A DNA stretch of 64,000 nt from Babesia bigemina (GCF_000981445.1 NC_027216.1:682001-746000), one strand, 5' to 3'. Counted from the first letter of the stretch, positions 23,626 to 35,817 are shown. Translations and numbers: made by a program. The notes: generated by a model from the sequence alone, not told the origin.

Positions 23626-25887
23626 TTAATAGTACAGGTTCCCCATGTTGCCCATGGCATGGGTGGACTGCATGCCGCCATTGGCCACCATGTTGGGGAC
23701 CGCGTAGAACCCCGGCATTTCCGGAGCTCCGGCGGCTTCCTTGCTCATGTCCTTATCCTTCTTCGACGCGTCACCCATGCCAATGCGTATGCAGCCCCCT
23801 TCGCCGTTGTACATGTCCATCGGCTTGAAATCAGAGGGGGAGCCCGAGCCATTCATGTTAATAGCGGTCATTGGGAAGCCATTGTACGCTTGCCATGCCG
23901 TGGCCATTCCCACACCCGTAACGTCAGCGCCGCAATCGTAGGACGACACTGCGCTTTCATCGGACGACTTCTTCCCCTTTCTGGACTTCTTGCCCTTCAT
24001 CTGAGCTGACAGCAGGGGCATGCCACCGTCACTGTTCGAATTCGTTGACATCATGAGGTGCGCGCTACCTGGGTCCGCATTCGGCATGTCCGGATCAATC
24101 CACTGCATGGATGCGTAGTTCATCGCAGGGTTGGTGTTCTGCGATTCCGACAGGAAATCCGTGTCGAAGAACGTGCCGCTGCCACCAAGCTGATCCTGCG
24201 AGGACATGGGGTCGCTGTAGCAGATCGATTGGTTGGTGGGGAAATACGGGTAGCAGGCAAAGAAGGGCGCGTTAGCGTTCTGCGAATCGGCCGGCGCATC
24301 CTCGGCAAGCTCGCACATGGTCATGGGGGCGTCTAAGGTCGGGCTACCAAACTTGGCCATGCCGTTGGTGTTCATCCATTCGCCGTAGGGCATGGAGTTG
24401 GTCTGCGGGATGTCATACAGCTTCCCGTAGCCGTTGATGTCATTTTGCAACTCGCCGAAGTCCCACTCCGAGCCGCCGGCGTAAGGCGGCTTCTGACCCG
24501 CGGCGGACCAGTTGAGCCAGTTCTGCGCCGCGAGGGCCTCGCCCTGGGAGCCCATACCGTCAAACGAGTGGTTGAGCGCGCAGTCCTGTTCGTTGGGGTC
24601 CGCGACGACCGGATAGAATCCAGGGTACGACACATCGAGGCGCGTGTTCGCGACGTCAAGCGGCAACCCGTTTGGCGGCGCGTTGAGGTCACCCTGCATC
24701 TGCCTCTTGCGTGTGACAGTGCGCGTCCCCTTCTTGCGACCCGGTTCGGCGTTGGCCATGTTCCGCTTCCTTCTGGGCGCTGTTTCTTTGCGATGACGCC
24801 TCTGCCCGACGTTGAGTCCGTACGGAAGGTTGTTCGGATCGTAACCGGGGTCGTTCACCACTGCGCTGTACTTCATATCGTTCCTCGAGAGGCGCGTGCC
24901 GGTGGCCTTGTGCAGCAGCCTTGGGTTGAACGTCCCCTGTATGAGGCTGTTGGCGAAGGTCTCCGCTCGCCTCTTGGCCTCCTCGTTGCCGACCTTCTTG
25001 CACGACCAGCGCGCACGCATGTTGCCGCCGGTGTTGTTGGTCCACTCGACCCGCCACTCGCGCAGAATCCTGTCGCGGGTGAGCGTGACGTTGTACCGGC
25101 CGACATTTTCGAATATGGTAAGAATCGGTGGTCCTTTTTCCGGGTAAAGCTGGTCAAATGTTGACCCCGACATAAGCTTTGTGATAAGGCTTTCCGCGCG
25201 TTGCTGCGCCTTTGCGTTACCATACTTTTTGTAAGAGATGCGCTGCTCGCGTTTGACGCCGTTCTCGTACCACTGCACGATGAGGGACCTCTCGACCTTG
25301 TCGACCAGGATGACCGGGTTCATCGCAACAACCTTGTTGGGTAGTCCATGCGTCAGGCACGGCTGCTGCTGCTGCAGATATGACTCCTGATTTTGCATAT
25401 CCATAAGCGTCGTTCCGATGGGTTGCGCTTCAGGCTCTAACTTCGTCGCGCCCTTGCCGGGGGCGCTGTACACTGATGACTGCGAATCCAATGACAGCTG
25501 GCTCTGCAGGGACTCGATACCATCTAGCGACTGGTTGACATTGCACGGCCAGGGGCCTTCCATGCCATAGCAGCCGTTGTAGTAAGCACCTATTCCGGAA
25601 TACTGCTTATCAGGGTCGTAAGAAAAATCTGCATTCGCATATACTGAGCCGAACTGATTGTATATTGGCGGCGGCTGAGTCTCGATCGAGGCTAGGCTCA
25701 TCAACTCGGCTTCTGTGGCTTTGATGGGAGCCGGGTTGCCGCCGATGCACTCCGCGCCCTTGATGTCGGAGAGGTGGAGCGTGCTTTCTTCCCCTATGAC
25801 GCCGCAGTGCATGCCTGGCGCAGCGAGCAACGTATCATCTAAAGGCTTCGATATATCACGCGCCGACTCCACATGCAGGTCTTCCAT
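23626..25887 (-). CDS. SIP2: ApiAP2 transcription factor with tandem AP2 domains, SIP2 orthologue-like
   Basis: LVDKVERSLIVQWYENGVKREQRISYKKYGNAKA..LYPEKGPPI..FENVG.YNV.L.RDRI.REWRVEW..ARWSCKKVGNEEAKRRA..FNP.LLHKATGTR closely matches the double AP2 region of Plasmodium SIP2 as I recall it. Confidence 0.85.
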   Translation of the reverse strand: MEDLHVESARDISKPLDDTLLAAPGMHCGVIGEESTLHLSDIKGAECIGGNPAPIKATEAELMSLASIETQPPPIYNQFGSVYANADFSYDPDKQYSGIGAYYNGCYGMEGPWPCNVNQSLDGIESLQSQLSLDSQSSVYSAPGKGATKLEPEAQPIGTTLMDMQNQESYLQQQQPCLTHGLPNKVVAMNPVILVDKVERSLIVQWYENGVKREQRISYKKYGNAKAQQRAESLITKLMSGSTFDQLYPEKGPPILTIFENVGRYNVTLTRDRILREWRVEWTNNTGGNMRARWSCKKVGNEEAKRRAETFANSLIQGTFNPRLLHKATGTRLSRNDMKYSAVVNDPGYDPNNLPYGLNVGQRRHRKETAPRRKRNMANAEPGRKKGTRTVTRKRQMQGDLNAPPNGLPLDVANTRLDVSYPGFYPVVADPNEQDCALNHSFDGMGSQGEALAAQNWLNWSAAGQKPPYAGGSEWDFGELQNDINGYGKLYDIPQTNSMPYGEWMNTNGMAKFGSPTLDAPMTMCELAEDAPADSQNANAPFFACYPYFPTNQSICYSDPMSSQDQLGGSGTFFDTDFLSESQNTNPAMNYASMQWIDPDMPNADPGSAHLMMSTNSNSDGGMPLLSAQMKGKKSRKGKKSSDESAVSSYDCGADVTGVGMATAWQAYNGFPMTAINMNGSGSPSDFKPMDMYNGEGGCIRIGMGDASKKDKDMSKEAAGAPEMPGFYAVPNMVANGGMQSTHAMGNMGNLYY

Positions 25888-26318
25888 GTTACCTCAGAGA
25901 GATGTAGTCATGAGTCTCCGCCAACAGACGCTATATGTACGACCGAATGCTGTCAAGCGATTGTAGCGCCGTTTAGCTCCTACGGAATAGAACGAGTGTG
26001 CACGAGATCAATACCGTGGAAGCAGACACAAGCTGCGCTGATGGCCACGTCCTCCTGCGATGCGGATGACAACGTGTGTGTGTGTGGCCTCAAAATGTCC
26101 TAGACGCGTTTCTCATGCCAAACCGAAGCTAGCTAACGGAAATCCTGGGCCACAGAGTCACCCCTCCCGGCGGCCAATGTACACACCAGTTCGTTTTCAC
26201 ACCTAGGGGCCGACGGCTTCGTTTTATCGGTCGCGGTGATATCTATAAGCCCAGGATGTTACGCCAAGCTTAGGTGGATTGACGTGTCTACCCTGTCCGT
26301 ACTGACACCACGCCTAGG

Positions 26319-26337
26319 TATGCACCTTGGGTGCACA
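26319..26337. promoter_or_regulatory. SPE2-type bipartite element (candidate SIP2 binding site)
   Basis: TATGCA-CCTTG-GGTGCA on + and TGTGCA-CCCAA-GGTGCA on - both fit NVTGCA-N5-VGTGCR. Lies ~430 bp upstream of the SIP2 ATG. Confidence 0.5.
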
Positions 26338-27251
26338 GTTCAACGAGCTCAACGGAGACACGCAGCGGACTAACGCGAGCCACGACGGCCTACCGTGCCA
26401 TACCACCACCAAACATTAGGCAGTCGCCCAAATGTGTACGTCCTGGAACGGGTCTTCCAGCTACGGACCCACACACAGGTGCGTGGTTCTACAGCCGTGG
26501 GAACCTGTCTCACGTGAGGTATGACGGCTGGTAGACACGGCACGGCAGCTTCGGTAGCTTTTGCGCCCGTGTCGGCCGAGATGTGTGAACTGAGTCCGGA
26601 GATGTGGTCCCCCTACCCCCCGGTGGTGCCCGGCGCCCGCCGTGGGCAATGTTTTATCCGTGTCTACTGTGGAATGCTACTTGACAAGGTGTCGCACAGT
26701 TGCAGTGCGATGTCGTGCGATACAGAGTTAGACATCAACGGTGTGTCTAGTGTGGTTCGTTAGTGTTAGGTGCCACAGTTGCGTCAGCGATGCACGTGTT
26801 CACTGATCGATGTGTAACCCAGCGAACCGCGGATACGTTGCACGGTGGTGCCCTTTTGCGCTCCGTATGAGCTGTATTGCTGTTACGCTTGGCTACACTC
26901 ACGTACACACCCATACACCCTGGATGCCGAGTGGACACACATATGTTTATCGCGTGCAGTTACATTCCTTTGCGCTGTAGCGAACCTCTCAATACGTGTG
27001 ATTTGAATAATCCAATATGTGTAGCTGTATAATTCACATTTCAGTGCTCGATGCCCAATGCCCATCGGAGCCGCCAGCTCATTAGCAGCGGTCAGGTGGT
27101 ATTACCGCACAACATATCGTTGCCATTTTTCGTGTAGCCTACATAATTAGAAAAGCATATCATATTTCTTCTCTGCCGTTGCCAACTGGGTTTCATGTGC
27201 TGATTGTTGCTCCCCTTGGTGCAATAGCGCTTCAGCGCAACCCCTGCTACG

Positions 27252-27652
27252 ATGCTGTTACTTTCGCTCTGCCGCTACGCGCGGTACGGGTCCAGCAAGG
27301 GCAGGGGGCCGCTCATAGCGAAGTTCGCTCCCGTCGGTTTCAAGAAAGGCTTCGGCGCGGTCGGCCTGGGCAAGCACACCAAAAAAGGTAAATCATGAGC
27401 GGCAGTTTCGCGTAATGCATCCCGGCTACAGGATTCTTCATCATAAACAAGTTGCTGGTGCCCAACCTACACGTGCCACAAAATACTAAACCAGAGGTAC
27501 GCAGCTTAACGCGGTGTTGCCATTCGTGTTCAGCTGAAGCCCTACGTGTCTCCAAGAACTCTGCAACTCCTATCGCAAGAACGAGAAAAAGAAAAGGCGT
27601 AGATTTCGCGCGCGAGCGCCGCCCAGTGCTCACCACAAAACTGATGGCTTAA
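27252..27652 (+). CDS. Mitochondrial ribosomal protein mL41-like (3 exons)
   Basis: Spliced product MLLLSLCRYARYGSSKGRGPLIAKFAPVGFKKGFGAVGLGKHTKKG|FFIINKLLVPNLHVP..E|LKPYVS. Introns 27388-27431 and 27497-27533. Confidence 0.8.
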
Positions 27653-27746
27653 GTATTGGCGTAATACGCCACAGCGCCAAAATGGCAACATCACAAGTAC
27701 AAAGTGACTATGCAGTGACTGTATTTTAACGACCGTAGGAATTGAA

Positions 27747-30258
27747 TCACTTGTCCAACAACTTAATTAAAACATCCAAACCGGCGTGTTTCTCGTTTCC
27801 TGCGGCACGATTGACTGCGACGCGGTCGAACTCACTTTTCTCAAGAATCTTACAGGTTTCTTCAAGCTTAGAAACAGGTATGGTCTCCCTGATATCGGCA
27901 ATCACCTGCTGATCAGCATTCCTCATTGCCGCCTCGAGTATGTCGACCAAGAGGAACACGGACTTGCGGCTCAGAATGCGATTGACGTTGGGTTTCACCG
28001 CAGGCCAGAGAGCTCCATACGGACAAAGCACCTCCATTGGTACGCTTGGCTTTTTTACCAAGGTTTGAATGAATCGGAAAGTATCGCTGCATGGATTTGA
28101 GTGCTGAGGGCAGTTGACCTACATGTTTTCCATAAGTGACAATTCACAATCGGCACGCACTGCGTCCACTATCGATTGCATGATTTCAGCGTCTCCGGAC
28201 AACCTCAGGGTGGACATGAGCACTTGGCTGGCGTATTTGTTCTCAATAACCTCCTTAAGTTCGATGGACCCGAATAGCTCGACGAGCAACGGGAGCAGGA
28301 ACGCCTGCAACTCAGCCTGTCGTACAGCCGGATCCTTCATGCTCGTTTTAGACTCCACCTCCTTGGGGGTTTCCAGTACCGCCTTTACGAATAAATGGCC
28401 GTATTGGTGTGATACTAATTTTTGCAACTCGTCCTGAAATGGCCTGAGTAGACAGTCGATCGACAGCTTGGTGTCGTCCGTGCAGAGGATAGCTTTAATC
28501 AAGAACGACACATTTATTTGGTTGTAAACAGCCTCCGGGAAATCGGTTCTCAAACCCTTGAGCATAGATTTACGCATCTTCTTGTCAGCATAGCCGAACA
28601 GATCGCACATGATGGTGTTGCCGTTGCGCGTGGAGAGCAGCTGTCCGAACACCTTGTACAGCTGTCCTATCAGTTGTTCCTTGTTATCTGTCAGCTTCCA
28701 GTAGATATAGAGCAGATCGTGAGACAGCGCAGCGGTCAGTTGCGCCTTGTCTATCATTTTAATCACCGAGGTTTTCAGCGTCTCCACGCAGCTCTCCCTG
28801 GACTCGCTCTCGTCGATGATGCTGATGAACTGGTTGATCGACCCTGTCGCCTCAACTTTACGCATAGCGTCCTTGTCGAGCACAAAAAAATTCGAAAGCG
28901 CATATAATCTCAAAACTGCAAGCTGCTCCTTGTTCTTCAGTTTTTGATACATCACATCCATGACATCAGATCCATATCTGGAGAAAAGCAAACTCTTGTT
29001 GTGGTCGTTGAAGAAGGACTTGCGGAGAAAATCCTTAGCCACGGTGTTGCAGTAGTGGTAGAGCTTCACGAAGAACCTCGCGCTGTGTGCGTTGAGGCTG
29101 GCGAGCGTGAAGTTTTTTTTGACGTTCTCGAAAATGGCGCTCCTCACCTGCGTGTCGCCGTATTTGAGACACGCCTGCAGTATCCGCGAAATGTGACGCT
29201 TGTTTGCCATCTGCAACAGGTGAGTTGACACACGTTCAGCTACACACCACTGGATATTTGCTGCTTCCCGTCTGCTTCAGGATTTGCGCGGTGGTCGATT
29301 TGACGACATCCGGCTTAGCGTGGTCGACCAGCAGCCGGCTGTACAGCTTGTTGAGTCCCTTCTTCTCCTCCTCCTTAGAGGCCTTGGTCTCCTTCTTCAC
29401 CTTTCGCGACGACTTGGCAGCCGAAGCTGCGGCCTCGCCCTTTGGTGCCTTAGACGATTTTGCCGCCTTAGCATTATTAGCTGCCGTGCTCTTGGTGGCC
29501 TTACCCTTAGCGGAGGTGCTCTTGGCTGCAGATTTGCCGTTAACGGTGAGCGAAGCGGGCGCCTTGGTTTCCTTCTTGTAGACCTTCCCGGAGGGTTTCG
29601 CTTTCTTAGCCGATTTATCAAGCTTGAACGTAACCTTCTTGACCGGCTTGTCCTTGGCGCCCTTCTCAGTCTTCACACTCGCGACCGCGCTCTTCTTCTC
29701 CTCCTTGACTTTCTTGACAGCCGATTCCTTCGCCACTGTTTTCTGCGAAGTGGCCTTGGATGTTTTGGCTGTCTTGTCGAGGTCCTTCTTCACGGTCTTA
29801 GACACGCCCTTGGGTGCAGTTTTGGTGGTTTTTGAGGCCACCGTTTTTGCATGAGCGGCCTTGGTTGTCTTGCTGGTGGTGGATTTGACCGCCTTTTCGT
29901 CTTTTTTTGAACCCTTAGATGATTCAACGGCGCTCGACGATTTGGCGGACCCCTTGCCTTTCGCAGCCGCGGCGGGCTTGGCTGCTTTGCTCCCGGCGGC
30001 ACGATCGGCAGCGGGTTTCGACACAGCAGCTTTCACCGTTTTCTTAGCTACCATTTTAGTGCTTTTCACGAGGCGGGTGGAACGCTGCGTTGCCTCCGCC
30101 TTGATCCGCATAGCAGCCTTTATGGCCGCCGCACGGCTGGGCTTGGACCTGGCGCTTTTGACATTTTTCTGCGCTTTGGCATCCTTCGAGCCATGCGTCA
30201 ATCTCGCGGATCTTCGCTTTTGAGAAGCGTCGGCTTGGGTCTGCACGTTGAGCTTCAT
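27747..30258 (-). CDS. Pumilio-like PUF6/PUM3-type RNA-binding protein with long Lys/Ala-rich N-terminus
   Basis: ATG 30258, basic low-complexity exon, then SRILQACLKYG and helical Puf-like repeats (KKMRKSMLKGL, KAILCTDDTKL, HQYGHLFV). Three ORFs joined by short introns near 29.2 kb and 28.1 kb. Confidence 0.75.
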
Positions 30259-30817
30259 CTTCGGAAAAATGGGAAATGAGGCGCACTCTAATATGGGAAA
30301 AGTCTGCCGGCCAGTGGCCGCCCGTCGGTGCGCGACGGCAGACACCTGCATTGCAAGTTCCGTCTCGTCGCCAAAAAATCTTACATCGTGTGTGTCGATG
30401 TCTGACGCTATTAAACACGCTATGAAGCTTCGTTTAACGTAATACTCGGGGTGTCGTCGGCCTGCCGCCGAGGCGCGCCCGGAACGCTACACACCTAACC
30501 ATCCGCGACGATAACATGCTTACAAATGTCTCCACCGAGCATTGAGCCGGTCGGATGTCGCGAAAGCGCGGTCTAATATTCTCTCCCACATCTTGTCTTC
30601 CCGTGCTAGCCCCGTCGGCGTTGGAAACGTAATCTTGTCACATCAGTCATAGAATCCGGCGAATATCGCATATTAATTTCCATTAGCCAACGTAGTTGCC
30701 ATTTCAGCTCTCACACAACGTGGAAGTCTGGCTACCTCCGGTACGTCGCTGATGTCGTAAGGATCACGTGTGAACATTCGGTAAAGGGAGCCATCTTCCG
30801 CTGGAAGAACGCGCATA

Positions 30818-32546
30818 ATGGATTCCGCCGATATCCAGAAGCAGGTGGAACTGCGAAAGCGCGCTATCGACGTTCTGAGCTACTCGCACAACGAGTACCT
30901 GGGCTGCCGGGACGATGAGGCGGAATCCCTGCGCAGCATTCTTGATAGGTAAGCGCCCATACACCGGGCTCACGGCATCATCATCGCTTGCAGATGCGTC
31001 AAGGATGACGTAGGAGGCAGCGTTTTCGTGTTCGGACTCAGCGGCACGGGGAAGACAACGACCGTCCACCACGCCGTTGACCAGTTCATATCGAGCAACT
31101 CCAAAGTGCGCAAGATGACCATGTCTGGCAACTCCTACACGTCCGCGTGGCACTTTGTGGAGTTCGTGTACGACCGGATCGCTCGCTACACGCCGCCGCA
31201 GAAGCGTGCCATCATGAGTGCCCCGTTGGGGAGGAAATTGCTCGACTACCACCAGCTCTACGAAATCCTGTGTGCCTCCTTCAAGTCCGCGCCGGCCTAC
31301 ACGGTGTGCATAATGGACGAGGTCGACTACATGAGCACGTATATAAACTCGTCTAAGGCATTCGGTCGCTTGAATTGGATGCTGCAGGCCATCATATCGG
31401 CCAGCCACGCGCCCGGCAGCCGTGTGTTCTTCATCGCGATTTCCAACAACCTCGAACTGGGCACGCTCATCACGGAGCAGCAGTGCCACGTCATCAGGTT
31501 CAAGCCTTACCAGGATAAGCAGATCATCGCAATCATCAAGGGCAAATTGGCGAAGCTCGATGGACCCTATACATCCGTGATCAACGACACGGCAATTATG
31601 CTGCTGGCGAGGCGCGTGGCGAACACTTCAGGCGACATCAGGGCGTGCCTGGACACATTCACGTACGTATCATGTCATTACGCGCCATAAGATGCAGGCG
31701 TGCAATATCGAACTCCCTGTCCAACCTTCAGGAGGAGATCGACAGGCTGACGGCGTCATCCCTTACCGACTACGCGACGTCTTCGGAGAATTCCACGCCC
31801 GAAAGGTCGTTAGAGTGCGACTCGACGCCGAAGCGCTGCTACGGCGATATGAGGTCCGACAGCATAGAGCTCGGCAGCTACCAGGTGGGACACAAGGACG
31901 TCGGCTCCTTGACACCGACGCTGTCGCTGAGCAAGACCTCCCTCATCGAGATGAAGGTGAAGCCGCTGCCGTTGATGCAGCTGCTGGCGCTCCTGTCAGT
32001 GTGCAAATCGTCGCTCGACGAGGAGGACCCCGTCCTGTCCTTCCGCAGCATAAAGGTAAGTGGGCCAGCACAGTACAGTTGTGCTTCATTCTACTTTGGT
32101 GGTAGCGCTTAGTTTGTTTGGCAGATGTAGACAATTGCGATTGCATTATATGTTAGCTTCGGCGCTCGTTTGTTGCATACCTAACGGCTGCTCAGAGGTC
32201 GCTGATTCACCTGGCGGACATGCTGGGCATGGACAAGCTGGACGTCGAAGACTTCTGCACCTCTAAGTTCAAAGACGCCATCGACATATTCATAGAGCTC
32301 GGCATTTTGGCCAAGGCTGACGTCACTGCGACCACGGACGCGGACGACGTGCCACGCGACGAGCTGGTCTCCCTCTGCATGGACGCATCGTCCCTCGCCA
32401 AAATCGTGCTACCGATATCGCCGGCCTTCGTGGGCCTTGACTTGGAGTTCCCGGTCGACGAGATCGCCACATCGCGGTACAGCAGGATAACGAAGAGCTT
32501 CAACATTCGCGTCGGCCCGAAGAGGACTCGGCGAAGGCTGCGCTGA
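30818..32546 (+). CDS. CDC6: CDC6/ORC1-family AAA+ ATPase
   Basis: YLGCRDDE, Walker A GLSGTGKT, Walker B IMDEVD, IAISN, FKPY, SGDIRACLD. Introns 30949-30993, 31663-31697, 32056-32195. Confidence 0.85.
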
Positions 32547-32555
32547 GCCGCACCG

Positions 32556-33542
32556 CTAATGTAGCTGCCGCGGAGAGGACCCGCTGTCACTCTGTTGTGA
32601 AATTTCACTTTCAATATCGCAGTCATTGTCGACGTCGCCTTCGTGGTTGCCGTGTTGCAGCGCGTCTGCAAAGTACTGCTCAGCAGCTCCCTCTCCGAGC
32701 ATGGAGTCGGCCGTGCCATCGAGCACCGAATCGTCGTCATCCATCTCGCCCGCTGGAGGCGCCCCTATAGCTCCTTGAGTGGCTGCGTGTGCTGCGATGG
32801 GCTCGTCGTGTATCTCGTCGATGGCGAGGGTGGGCGAAAACACGGCCTGCAGGAACTCGTCCTGCGCCAAGGTGGCCACCGCCTGCGTTTTATAAAACAC
32901 CGAGTAACAAAGTAACCTGTCCATCCAGCTTCAGCAGCGCTTCCGGATCCATGCGTTCCAGGTCCTCGCGCAGTTTCTTCATCCGGTGCCGGTTGAGCCT
33001 GCGGCGAATGCATGACCACCCCAGGGACCCAACCTGAATGACGTCTGCCACGTCGCCTTGGCAAAGTTCTGCCACAGCTGCGACGGCGGCTGGCACTTGA
33101 TCTCCTCAAGCTCGAAGTAGGAGTTGATCAGGTGCTGCGATGTTGTGCGCGCCGGACGGTTGCCACGTACCTCGTTCATGCGAATCACCGCCGGGTGAAT
33201 CAGGGCCTGCTTCATCTCCTCCAGAACCAAGTAGCACTGTCAAAGCGTCGCACAACCGATCCTACGCGACTTACGCTGAGGCTGGGCTTGTGCGGGTTGA
33301 GGATGCAGTGGTGAGCCTTGAGTGTGTAGGTCACCTCGTCGAGGCTGAGGCGCTTGAGCCTTCGGCAATTAGACAGAACAATTCGGCGCCAAGTACCTCA
33401 TTTCGCGCATTAGGCGCTCAAACTCGCTCCATTTGTGGTTGCTCAGCGCGCGCCAGAGGCGGTGGTAGTACGTTTGCTTCAGCTTCCACACCGGCCGCGC
33501 CGCGGCGTCCGCCACAGAGGCAAACGCGCGGGAAGCCACCAT
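32556..33542 (-). CDS. Multi-exon PPR-like protein, probably mitochondrial
   Basis: Spliced reading MVASRAFASVA..FERLMREMR..LDEVTYTL..LVLEEMKQALIHPAVIRMNE|HLINSY shows ~35-aa PPR-like spacing. Several short GT-AG introns and an acidic C-terminus. Confidence 0.6.
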
Positions 33543-33607
33543 CGACGCATCACATCGCAACCTTCCGCTGCTAGCGAATGTGACACGGCGGCGAGTGACG
33601 CATCTTA

Positions 33608-34813
33608 ATGAGGAAGCTCGTCGCGTGCTTGGCCTTCGCGAGTCACTTGGGTGTGCCAGCGACCTTCCACCAACCGCACCGCAATTTCGTCGCCGACGAG
33701 CAGCAGATTCGCAGGCTCCTAGGGTGTGAGACTCAGTCAGCTGGTACGGATTCGCTTGCTTGCGGTCATGCATATGCAGCAGCAGACGGCTTTTGGGACC
33801 ACCAAGGCGTGGCCTTCGCGAAAGTGAACCTCACGCTACAGATCGACCCTGATGCGCAAGTGTCGGATCCGCTGCTGAAGCTCAGCAGCCTGATGCATAA
33901 GGTCGCTTGGGGCGACCAGATCTCCATTAAGCGGTTGGGAAGTGAGGAGGCCGCCGCGGCCGCCAGGCAGTTCGACGCCACAGAGGATGGCGACGTGCTA
34001 CTTCTCGCGGGCGACCCTTCCGACAGTAGGTGCCAGCAAAAGGCTTCGTCAACGTTTCACCAGGTAACGCCGCTGAAGCACATGCCGGAGTGCCGTGCGA
34101 CGACAGCAACATTGTCGCCAAGGCGCTCAGAAAGGCACGTAAACCAGGAGAGCGCTACGTGGTGCTGATGCGGAAACGGGTACCGCCTGGATCAGGTCTA
34201 GGAGGCGGTTCTGCGGATGCCGGCTTTGTGTTACGGGCGCTGCGCACGACAATAAGCCCGAGCGACACCCTGGCGCTGGGGTCGGACGTTGGGTTCATGG
34301 CTCACGATGGTGGGTTCAGCAGTTGTTAGACACACGCCTCATGCCGATGCAGCGGACGCCGCTGTAGTAACGGGGAGGGGGGAAGATATCGCTCCCGTAG
34401 ACCGCCTGGGCCATGACGGCCACATCTACATCTTGGTGCCAGACGAACACGTTAGTACAGCGGAGGTTTTTAGGAGAGCGCGAGAGCTGCTGCCAACAGG
34501 CTCGATGTACACTCGCCTCATGAGTTACGACGACATTGCGGAGTCCGTGGCGAACTTCCGTGGCTTCCGCCCATTCAACGTGCTCGAGCGCTGCGTTCAA
34601 AATAACGGCGTGAAGGTCCTCCTGGACACACTGAGAGGCGCCCTTCCTTCCAGCAGGGTCTGCATGTCGGGCAGTGGCAGCGCCTGCTACGTGCTCGACG
34701 CCGCCGATGACGATGTGAGGAGCGTTCGTGAGCGCTACGGCCGGAACCTGCTGATCGTCAAGACCAGGCTAAAGCGCCCCCATGACAACGATGCCGATTT
34801 CAGCTATCTATAG
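33608..34813 (+). CDS. ispE: 4-diphosphocytidyl-2-C-methyl-D-erythritol kinase (apicoplast)
   Basis: Signal-like leader, AFAKVNLTL, GHMP motif KRVPPGSGLGGGSADA, LGSDV, VSTAEVF, MSGSGSA. Intron 34026-34063 reconciles the frames. Confidence 0.92.
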
Positions 34814-35099
34814 GTATTTGCTCCATGAACATGTTATCGTCCACGATCTTTTTCTTCGGTTTCCTGCATGGCATTAAGCAGCTGCCATCCCAAAATGAAG
34901 TGCACTCACACCGACGAATTTAGTCAACATCGCACCACTGATGACACCAGTCATTGAAAAGTAAACACTACAACACGTGCTAATAGACAATGCGGCATCT
35001 GCCACACAAAACACTTTGTAGATAAGATGGGCTCTACGTACTACGGGACGGTGGCGCATTGCACCCAACCGGCCGATACACAAAAACACATCGCATAAC

Positions 35100-35817
35100 T
35101 CACTTCGGCTTCAGATTCGCGTAGCCTCCAAACAGCTTCGGGTTGTTGAGGTTCAGGTTGAACCTCCGCGCCGCCTCCTCGAGGCCGAAGCGCTTGATCG
35201 TCTTCAGCCCCTTCGTGGACAGTCGGAGGCGGACGTAGTGCCCTCGGGATATGCACCATATTCGTTTCCACTGGAGGTTGACCTTCTGCACTCTGTGCGT
35301 GCGTTTGCCGGAGTGGCTGATGCTGCGCGCCTTGGTGTTGTCCATCTTGCCCAGCAGCATACACCTGCGTGCGTTGGAATCCAGCATGCCGCGCCTACCT
35401 CCGTGCTGGCAGGGCGATGCGCTTGGTGGGCATGCCGCTGACCTTGTGCAGCCTGGGGATGCCTCCTCCGCGTCCCACGAGGCGATAGTGCCGTTTCTGG
35501 GACGACCGTCCCACCGTGCGGAACTTTTTCCCCTGGCGAGCATGTGCGGCGGGAGGCAACGACGTACCAGAAGTGCTTCCTTGTGGCGCTTCTCCGAAAA
35601 CACGACGAACGGCCGGACGATGCCGCCTGGAAATGCTAGGAATCGGAGCAGAACAACCTACCTGCAGTCCGCGAGATAGACAGGTCACGTGGAGCCGCGG
35701 TACTCTGCGCCTGCTGTGCGACGGCATACTGAGACCAACCTGGCGGAAGCACGACGTAGGGGTTGCGATAATTAAGAGCCAGACGCACAGCGCCAGCAGA
35801 CTAAGTGACAAGCACAT
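35100..35817 (-). CDS. rpl28: Apicoplast-targeted ribosomal protein bL28
   Basis: Hydrophobic signal MCLSLSLLALCVWLLIIA plus basic transit-like region. L28 core ARRCMLLGK..ISHSGKRTHRVQKVNLQWKRIW..VRLRLSTKGLKTI. Confidence 0.85.
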
